DNA of 64,000 nt from Candidatus Krumholzibacteriota bacterium (GTDB lineage Bacteria > Krumholzibacteriota > Krumholzibacteriia > LZORAL124-64-63): the NCBI GenBank assembly GCA_039714075.1, contig JBDLKA010000003.1, positions 1 through 64,000 of the forward strand, given 5' to 3'. Within the stretch, counting starts at the first letter, position 1. Every line of letters begins with the position of its first letter. The translations under genes were made by a program, and so were the position numbers. The notes beneath the pieces were generated by a model. It made no database searches. It was given only the letters and a program-made list of their open reading frames with translations, and was not told where the DNA came from. This document shows, one piece after another, positions 57,524-64,000 of this stretch.

Positions 57524-58327
57524 TTATCCGGACAGAATCACCAGCACCGCGACTCCCAGCAGCAGGCAGTAGATGCTGAATTTCCAGAAGTGGGCCTGCA
57601 CCACGGCCAGGGCGGTCCACCGAATGGCCGCCAGTCCCACGCCGAAAGCGACCAGCCCCGCCAGGACCAGCCGGACCCATTCAGCCATTCCATTTGAATT
57701 CCCGTCCATCAATTGCAGCGCCAGGGCGCCGCCCACCGCCGGGATGGAGAGCAGGAAACTGAACCGGGCGGCTTCGGCCCGTGGCAACCCCGCCCACAGA
57801 GCCGCGGCAATGGTGGTCCCGGAGCGGCTGATTCCCGGCAGAATCGCGAAAACCTGGGCGAAGCCGATGAAAAAAGCGCGCCCGACAGAGGGCGCGCGGG
57901 GTTCCCAGGGATCCGCCAGGGGGTGGTCCGCGGCGGCAAAGCGTGTGGAAAAAAGGATCCCCGCGGTGAACACCAGGCCGCCGGCGGCAAACAGGGGGCT
58001 GTGAAAAAGGTCTTCGATCTGGGATCTGAACAAAAGCCCGACCACCACGGCCGGCAGGGTTCCGGCGGCCAGGCTCATCTGGTAGCGGCGGGCCTCCCGG
58101 TCGAAGGCCAACAGGCGCCGGACCTCGCGCCGGTAGACCACCAGAATGGAACCCAGGGTTCCGACATGGAGGATGATGTCGAAAAACACATCCCCTTCCC
58201 GCGTTCCCAGGAAAGTCTGAAACAGGACCAGGTGCCCCGAACTGCTGACGGGCAGGAACTCGGTCAGCCCCTGGACGACCGCCAGCAGGATCATGTTCAG
58301 AAACTCAACCACCGTGGCAAACCTCAC
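57524..58327 (-). CDS. uppP: Undecaprenyl-diphosphatase
   Basis: QGLTEFLPVSSSGH, LHVGT, PGISRSGTT, FSFLLSIP. Confidence 0.95.
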   Translation of the reverse strand: MRFATVVEFLNMILLAVVQGLTEFLPVSSSGHLVLFQTFLGTREGDVFFDIILHVGTLGSILVVYRREVRRLLAFDREARRYQMSLAAGTLPAVVVGLLFRSQIEDLFHSPLFAAGGLVFTAGILFSTRFAAADHPLADPWEPRAPSVGRAFFIGFAQVFAILPGISRSGTTIAAALWAGLPRAEAARFSFLLSIPAVGGALALQLMDGNSNGMAEWVRLVLAGLVAFGVGLAAIRWTALAVVQAHFWKFSIYCLLLGVAVLVILSG

Positions 58328-58380
58328 TGTCGTGCGACCCGCACCAGGGCCTCAAGTTACTTGGCTGACTGCGTATCGGC

Positions 58381-59256
58381 CTAGGGATGACCGCCCGATT
58401 TGCGGGCTGCCCGGGCCTGACTGTAATGCAGTCGGGCCTCCTGAGGCATACCCAGGGCGTCACAGGTCAGGGCGATCTGGTAGTGGGTGCGGCCGTCCTC
58501 GGGGAAAAATTCCAGCGCGTTCTCGAGACTGGCCCGCGCTTCCTCGTATCGCTCCATCTTGTGGAGACAGGTCCCCCGGTAGTAGGGAATGCGCGCCAGG
58601 CGGGAATCCAGTTTCCAGGCCAGGTCGAAGCGAAGGCAGGCATCCTGGTAGATACCGCTCTTCATCAGGCAAAGGGCCGCATAGTAATGTCCCAGGGCAA
58701 AACCCGGATCACATTCAACACTCCGCTCGAAACAGTCCAGGGCCCGCACGAAATCCTCGCGGGCATAGTGGACAAGCCCCAGATTCTGGTAACCTTCGGC
58801 ATCCTGCTCGAGGGCCAGGGCGGATTCGAAGGCCCGGATGGCCTCGTCGCTGCGCCCCTCCTCCGCATAAATGGCGCCCAGGTTGTGGAAGGCCACCGGA
58901 CCGGCGCCCTCCTGATGGGTGGACTTCCGGTAGGCCCGAACGGCCTCGTCGCGGCGTCCCTGGCGGTCCAGACACACCCCGAGGTTTGTCAGGTAGGATG
59001 GGGTGCCCGGTTCGAGTTCCAGGGCCCTGCTGAAGCAATGCTCCGCCCGCTCGGGAAGGCCGAGTTTCATGAAAACGCAGCCCAGGCGGTAATGCCAGGG
59101 ATGCTGGTCCGGCGAGGAGGCAAGGGCCATCTCGTAGGCCTGCCGTGCTTTCTCAAGCTCGCCGTCCATCTCGGCCTGACGCCCGGACTTGAAAAGCCCG
59201 GCACTCGTCGGAGAAGCGTCATTGTGCGGTGTTGATTCCGGTGCTGGTTGACTCAT
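58381..59256 (-). CDS. Cytoplasmic TPR-repeat protein
   Basis: About 8 consecutive TPR motifs (NLG..., YY-x-G...); no signal peptide. Confidence 0.88.
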   Translation of the reverse strand: MSQPAPESTPHNDASPTSAGLFKSGRQAEMDGELEKARQAYEMALASSPDQHPWHYRLGCVFMKLGLPERAEHCFSRALELEPGTPSYLTNLGVCLDRQGRRDEAVRAYRKSTHQEGAGPVAFHNLGAIYAEEGRSDEAIRAFESALALEQDAEGYQNLGLVHYAREDFVRALDCFERSVECDPGFALGHYYAALCLMKSGIYQDACLRFDLAWKLDSRLARIPYYRGTCLHKMERYEEARASLENALEFFPEDGRTHYQIALTCDALGMPQEARLHYSQARAARKSGGHP

Positions 59257-59328
59257 GCGGGGAATCTACCCCAGATAACACCCGGGGTCAACTTCGGGGA
59301 TGATTCGGGGACGAGACTGAAGCCTCAC

Positions 59329-60177
59329 TCAAAAGGGGGAGTTGTCGTCGATTTCGACTTCCAGAAGGATATTGATCGGGCCTTCCCCGGTCAGCAACCG
59401 CCTGGGAATCTTGACGGGGACAACCACCGGCGGCCGCAATTCCTCGAAAATGGCGTCCGTCAAGGCCTTGGTGGACTCCCCTATTTCCGAACCGGGAATG
59501 GGTGGACCGTAGTCGATCCCCAAACCGCTCGCTTCGATCTTTTCGGCTTCAGGTGCGGATTTGCTCTCCGCCACAACGGGAGAGGGGAAACTTTTCCCCT
59601 TCGCGCCGGACCGGGGTTTCTGGTTGAGCTGATTGACCGTAAGACCCAGGATTGATTTCAGGGTTTCCCGGACGCCCTCGCCCTTGCCGGCATTGGCGGG
59701 AAAGGAAAGAAGTCCCCAGGGGTTGAGCAGGCTTTCCATGCGATCGACCGGAAGTATCTCCGCCTGGTCGCGGCCGTTGTACTGGATGACGACCGGGACC
59801 TCGGTCAGGTCCAGTTCGAAGGATTCCAGGTAGCTTTTCAGGGACTCGAAAGCCGCCAGGCTCTGGTCCAGCTGTTCCAGCTTGGAATCGATCACGAAAA
59901 CGATTCCGTCGAAGGGAGCCTCATCGGGCATACCGGCGGCGTCGTGGCTTTCTTCGCCCGCGTCCACGGCCTGCACCCGAACCTGCCAGGTGCCGTCATC
60001 GCCCTGGTTGACCCGGAAAGCTATTTGACGCTCGGGATCCCCGCAGTCCTGCATCAGGACCTGCTCGGGCGGAATGGAGTGATGGATAAAGCGCAGATTG
60101 GCCCGCTTCCCCGAACCGGCGGGACCGTAGTAGAGCAGGCGGCAGGTCTTCTGCGAAGTCATCATTTCTTCAGCCAA
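59329..60177 (-). CDS. MglA-like small GTPase homolog with degenerate catalytic motifs and C-terminal extension
   Basis: LLYYGPAGSGKRANL, DGIVFVIDS, PVVIQYNGRD, GEGVRETLK. Confidence 0.8.
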   Translation of the reverse strand: MAEEMMTSQKTCRLLYYGPAGSGKRANLRFIHHSIPPEQVLMQDCGDPERQIAFRVNQGDDGTWQVRVQAVDAGEESHDAAGMPDEAPFDGIVFVIDSKLEQLDQSLAAFESLKSYLESFELDLTEVPVVIQYNGRDQAEILPVDRMESLLNPWGLLSFPANAGKGEGVRETLKSILGLTVNQLNQKPRSGAKGKSFPSPVVAESKSAPEAEKIEASGLGIDYGPPIPGSEIGESTKALTDAIFEELRPPVVVPVKIPRRLLTGEGPINILLEVEIDDNSPF

Positions 60178-60242
60178 GGCGGTTTCCTTTGCATGTTTGC
60201 ACCATGTGCGGATCTTTCCGCAGAGAGTCCATGTCCGGAATA

Positions 60243-60258
60243 TGCAAGGCCTGTGCCA
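60243..60258 (-). promoter_or_regulatory. sigma54 (-24/-12) promoter of the mglA-like operon
   Basis: TGGCAC-aggcc-TTGCA matches the consensus. Confidence 0.7.
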
Positions 60259-60312
60259 CCAAACCCTGTCCCAAAACCCGGATTTTTGCCCAAATCCGCC
60301 ATTTGGCTAAAG

Positions 60313-60330
60313 TAGGCAAGCAAATTGCAT
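60313..60330 (+). promoter_or_regulatory. sigma54-like promoter of hypothetical gene 60426
   Basis: TAGGCAAG-caaa-TTGCAT (GG-N10-GC). Confidence 0.5.
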
Positions 60331-60425
60331 TACGATCGCGGACAGAGGGATGAATCACGCACGGTGGACCGTTTCGAGTTCCATCGGGGCATTTCAAGGA
60401 AAGATCCGCAACAGAAAGTGGCCAG

Positions 60426-60866
60426 ATGACCACCAACACCGACAAAATCCTGAAGACCATGTTCGGCCGCCTGCTTCAAATCGAGGTTGAGGAAGACATC
60501 ATCAACAAGCTTTGTGCCGTCATCGACAGCGTGACCGACAGGGTCGGGGGAAATTTCGATTTGGACACCGTCCAGGGCCAGAACACTTTTCGCGCCCTCC
60601 TGTGTTCGATGGTGGTCCACGGCTGGGGCAACGGGATGCATCCGTACCACAATCCCGGAGCCAACCAGGACGGTCAAGCCGTCGAGGTCCGGGTGAGCAA
60701 GGATATCCTGATGTCCATGGAAGACCTCCAGTCTCTCCGTTACGTCAAGAAGGACAACCAGGGCCGGGTGAAACAGGCCCTGTTCGAGCCGGACCATAAT
60801 GTGCGGGTCCGGCAGCAGATCGACGAGATCCTGGGTGAAATCAGCCGCAACAAGGGAAAAAGCTAA
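60426..60866 (+). CDS. Hypothetical protein, 146 aa
   Basis: Natural amino-acid composition and GC3-rich codons; flanked by a promoter and a terminator; no family recognised. Confidence 0.75.
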   Translation: MTTNTDKILKTMFGRLLQIEVEEDIINKLCAVIDSVTDRVGGNFDLDTVQGQNTFRALLCSMVVHGWGNGMHPYHNPGANQDGQAVEVRVSKDILMSMEDLQSLRYVKKDNQGRVKQALFEPDHNVRVRQQIDEILGEISRNKGKS

Positions 60867-60916
60867 CCCCTCTCGGAAAACGGCGACCGGGCGCTTCCCG
60901 ACCATCGGCCCATGAG

Positions 60917-60960
60917 AAAAAGCGCGGCTCCGATAATTTCGGAGCCGCGCTTTCTTTTTT
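60917..60960. terminator. Bidirectional intrinsic terminator
   Basis: Stem AAAGCGCGGCTCCGA / TCGGAGCCGCGCTTT with A and T tracts. Confidence 0.88.
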
Positions 60961-60975
60961 GGTCGACCGGGGAGA

Positions 60976-61647
60976 TCAGAAGATGTTTTCCCCATCGGCC
61001 AGGATTTCGTTCAAGGCATCCCGGAAGTGGTTGTTGCTGTTGGCCACCTCGGGAGTCACCTTCTCCTTGTACAGTTCCCAGGACTTCTTGATTTCGGCGC
61101 CCAGGGCCTCCAGGAGGTTGCCGTCCGCCTTGGCCTGGTCGTAGAGATCACGGTTGTAGACCATGATGTCGGAAACCAGGGCACGGGCCAGCATTTCTTC
61201 CTTGCTGCGCCGGCGCCGGGAAGACCTTTCCACGGGACGATCCATCACCGCAACCTCGGCGGCCGGTTCGCCGGCATGGGCCGACGGCGCGGATGAAGCA
61301 GCTTGCGGTTCCACCGTCGCGGTGGCGGGACTGGTCACGGGTTCGTCTGCCGGCGGCGTTTCGCTGGCCACGGGCTCTTCGGCGACCGGCTCCTGGGCGA
61401 CCGGGTCCTGGGCGACCGGCTCCTGGGCGACCGGGGTTTCGGCAGCGGCAGGTTGCGTGTACTCGTCATACCCCTCCTGAACCGCCAAGGGCTGGTCCTG
61501 GACTTCGGGGGTTTCTTTCTGGGCCTGGCTGCCGTCAAGGCTGAACACGCCGCCACAGGCAGGGCAACGGACCTTGATCATCCGCGGGGGAATTTTGGTA
61601 GCATCCAGCTGGTATCGAGCCTGACATTCGGTGCAGGTAGTGATCAT
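60976..61647 (-). CDS. Zinc-ribbon (MJ0042-type finger) protein with Pro/Ala/Glu linker and helical C-terminal domain
   Basis: CTEC...CPAC; PVAQE repeats; ARALVSDIMVYN...FRDALNEIL. Confidence 0.85.
   Translation of the reverse strand: MITTCTECQARYQLDATKIPPRMIKVRCPACGGVFSLDGSQAQKETPEVQDQPLAVQEGYDEYTQPAAAETPVAQEPVAQDPVAQEPVAEEPVASETPPADEPVTSPATATVEPQAASSAPSAHAGEPAAEVAVMDRPVERSSRRRRSKEEMLARALVSDIMVYNRDLYDQAKADGNLLEALGAEIKKSWELYKEKVTPEVANSNNHFRDALNEILADGENIF
61381..61435 (-). repeat. Coding 15-bp repeat (PVAQ[E/D]) in the linker
   Basis: ggcgaccggstcctg x3 plus a partial copy. Confidence 0.8.
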
Positions 61648-61759
61648 TACCCCGCTCCTCCTAGAATTCCGGGAAAAACACAAATCCAATCTGGATATTT
61701 CATCGGCAGCCGCTGCCGGCAATTTAGCACCGATTGCTGCTATTTTCCCGAATCCTGCT

Positions 61760-62716
61760 TCAGGGGTTGTAGATGAGGTCCATTACCAAACGTCCCACCT
61801 GGGCCAGACTCGCACCGGAACAGATAGCGGGCGTATCGGCGGTGGTGTGCCACTGGGGGAAGTCGAAATCGATCAGATCCACGGCCGGAATCCCCTGTTG
61901 CAGGAACGGCACGTGGTCGTCGAAGACCCCCGGCCCCCGTTCCGGCACGAAGGCCGCCAGGCCCAGTTTTTCCGCCCGCTCGAAGATGGCCGCCGTCCAC
62001 GCCGGGGCGTTCACCATGGAGAAGCCTTCCATGGGGATCTGCAGGTTTTTCTCACCGACCATGTCCAGGATGACCACCCCCCGGGGGGTCCCGCGGGCAA
62101 GGGGATTGCCGAAATCCCGGCAGGTCTCCGCTAGGCGCCGGCTGCCCAGGCAGAACCCATCCGAACTTCCCGCGAGTCCCGAATCCTCGCCGTCCAGAAA
62201 CATCAGGTCGACCCCCTGGGGCGGAGGGTTGTCGGCCAGGATTTCCATCAGGTGCAGGAGGACGGCGACCCCGCTGGCACCGTCATTGGCCCCGGCCAGC
62301 GGTGTGGACCGAAGTTCGGGATCATCATCGTGGTCGCTTATGGGCCGCGTGTCGTAGTGGGCGCCCAACCAGAGCCGCTGCCCCCCTGTCGGACCGGCGG
62401 AAACAACCACATTGCAAAGCCGGACAGCCTCACCCGACAACGGGTCGACGGCATCAAAACAGAGGGTGTTGACTTCCAGGCCGCCGCTGCGGGCCGTCTC
62501 CACGATCATTTCACGCAGCTGGCGGTTTCCCACCGACCCCGGAGTCCGGGGCCCCAGATCGCACTGGGCGATGAGCAGTTCCATGGCCCGGTCGCCGGAA
62601 AATTCCGCCGGCACCCCGCTCTCTTCACACAAGGACGCGGAATTCCCGAACAGCCCCAGCAGGCAGACGGCAACACAAAGGTGCCATCGGGATAAATTCA
62701 GCCCGCCGCCGGGCAT
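61760..62716 (-). CDS. M28 family peptidase / glutaminyl cyclase-like, exported
   Basis: GPRTPGS, GAHYDTRP, GANDGASG, DGED, LDMVG, DDHVPF, WHT. Start uncertain. Confidence 0.88.
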   Translation of the reverse strand: MPGGGLNLSRWHLCVAVCLLGLFGNSASLCEESGVPAEFSGDRAMELLIAQCDLGPRTPGSVGNRQLREMIVETARSGGLEVNTLCFDAVDPLSGEAVRLCNVVVSAGPTGGQRLWLGAHYDTRPISDHDDDPELRSTPLAGANDGASGVAVLLHLMEILADNPPPQGVDLMFLDGEDSGLAGSSDGFCLGSRRLAETCRDFGNPLARGTPRGVVILDMVGEKNLQIPMEGFSMVNAPAWTAAIFERAEKLGLAAFVPERGPGVFDDHVPFLQQGIPAVDLIDFDFPQWHTTADTPAICSGASLAQVGRLVMDLIYNP

Positions 62717-62729
62717 GTCACGCCGCAAG

Positions 62730-64000
62730 CTAGAAAACAAAGGTGGCCTCCAGTCCCAGCCCCAGGGTGGTGGTCGTCTGTCCCGAAGCGATGTTCTTGC
62801 TCTTGCTGAAAACAAACCGCACGGCTCCGCTGAGGTTCCTGGTAATCTGGTAGCTGAACCGCGGGTTCAGGCTGTACCTGTCCGTTCCGGTGGGCTTGGA
62901 AGCCCGGCCGCCCGGGTTTTCACGTTCCAGCCGGTCCTTTTGATAGGAAAGATCCACATCCATGGTAACGCTCTGACTACTGCCCGGCCGGTAGAGGCCC
63001 ATTTTCGCCAGGAAGGTCTGGGCATTGAAGGAGTGACGCAACTGCAATCCCAACCTCATTTTATTATTGAGGGAGGTAACACCGTTGTTGATGGATTCGA
63101 TGGTATTGAGATTGGCATTGAGGGTCGCCGTCATGCCGCTGTGGAAATTCAGGGTCCAGCGCGGAGTCAAGGAGCGCGTGACGTTGGGATTGTAGGTACG
63201 ATCGGTAATGTTGTTGACGGTCTTGCTGCGCTTGTAGCTGATGTTGAAGTTCGACGAACGGAACCAACCGGAATCCAGTTCATCCTTGTTGCCGCCGAAT
63301 ATCTTCCATTTTTCGATTCCCGACAGGGACAGCTGGGCATCCGGCCAGTCCTGTTTGTAGCTCCGGACCACCGACCCCACCTGGTCCCTCCGCGTGTGGC
63401 TGTCGCCGAATTTCACATCAAGGGCGATGTCCTTGGTCACCCGGGTATTGGAGGACAAGGTCAGATTCGTGCGGTGGTCCGTCGCATAGGAGGAAAAGAG
63501 CGTATCCGGAATGTCCAGTTCGTTCACCAACCCGGTTTGGTACCAGAACGGGGCCGTGTCCAGCAACCGGGCATAGGAACTCGAGTTCTGGTCCGTGTAA
63601 ACGACCTTGATCGGCGTCGTGTTGCGCAGCGTGTTCAGCAAAGGCTTGAAGATCAGCAACGGATCCAGGCCACCCCCCTCGCCGGTATCCTGGGGCTCTT
63701 CATCCTTGACCAGACCCAGATCCCTGTCCCTTTCCATCTGGGCTTCCGCCTCGGCCAACAAGCGTTCCTCATCCCGGCGCTGGATCTCCTCCGGTGTCAA
63801 ATCCTCAAGGTCCTCAGGCCGTTCTCCAGAACCCGTCGGGGGTTTCCCGGCATCCGGCTGGTCCGGTGTCTGGACGGAATCTTCCTGCCGACCGGCCGCG
63901 CGTTGGTTCTGCCTTTCCAGGCTTCTCTGTTCCGAGATCATGCGGTCCCGCTCTGCCTGGGAATACTTCTTCTCCGGAATCAACGCCGTGAATGCTTCGC
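62730..64000 (-). CDS. C-terminal part of a large outer-membrane beta-barrel, SprA (T9SS translocon)-like; 5' end outside the window
   Basis: Frame is open to the window edge; amphipathic beta strands, WPD, PRWTLNF, YSLNPRFSYQITRNLSG, terminal Phe. Confidence 0.65.
   Translation of the reverse strand, partial: EAFTALIPEKKYSQAERDRMISEQRSLERQNQRAAGRQEDSVQTPDQPDAGKPPTGSGERPEDLEDLTPEEIQRRDEERLLAEAEAQMERDRDLGLVKDEEPQDTGEGGGLDPLLIFKPLLNTLRNTTPIKVVYTDQNSSSYARLLDTAPFWYQTGLVNELDIPDTLFSSYATDHRTNLTLSSNTRVTKDIALDVKFGDSHTRRDQVGSVVRSYKQDWPDAQLSLSGIEKWKIFGGNKDELDSGWFRSSNFNISYKRSKTVNNITDRTYNPNVTRSLTPRWTLNFHSGMTATLNANLNTIESINNGVTSLNNKMRLGLQLRHSFNAQTFLAKMGLYRPGSSQSVTMDVDLSYQKDRLERENPGGRASKPTGTDRYSLNPRFSYQITRNLSGAVRFVFSKSKNIASGQTTTTLGLGLEATFVF

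Overview
GC-rich bacterial chromosomal window, mostly housekeeping genes on the minus strand. I found no rRNA, tRNA, CRISPR array or mobile element. The gene set suggests a non-Bacteroidota FCB-group organism such as Krumholzibacteriota or Latescibacterota (inference only): a gingipain-like C25 peptidase, a SprA-like C-terminus, a GlmU with only its N-terminal domain, and a short RpoD-family sigma factor. In order the window holds: a truncated C25 peptidase; a surface-polysaccharide operon headed by a ParA-CBM48 (glycogen-binding) fusion and a degenerate MinD-like partner; PpiD/SurA; mrfAB-like repair genes; tatA; pan, fol and dapL-like genes; a TPR protein; the yqeC-mocA-xdhC-yqeB selenium-molybdenum maturation cluster; groESL with CIRCE; coaX, birA, nadC, uvrB, rodZ-like and valS; a PDZ-GAF-PP2C sensor; crcB; tlpA and dsbD-like genes; a sigma factor with a histone-like tail; cheY-like; uppP; a pseudo-MglA module; an M28 peptidase; and a truncated sprA. 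The best leads are: (1) an unannotated 22-aa Fst/Ldr-like peptide gene with two tandem sigma28-type promoters, an anti-SD hairpin and its own terminator; (2) the ParA-CBM48 plus pseudo-MinD pair; (3) a catalytically degenerate MglA under back-to-back sigma54-type promoters; (4) three intergenic tandem arrays of 11, 12 and 13 bp period.
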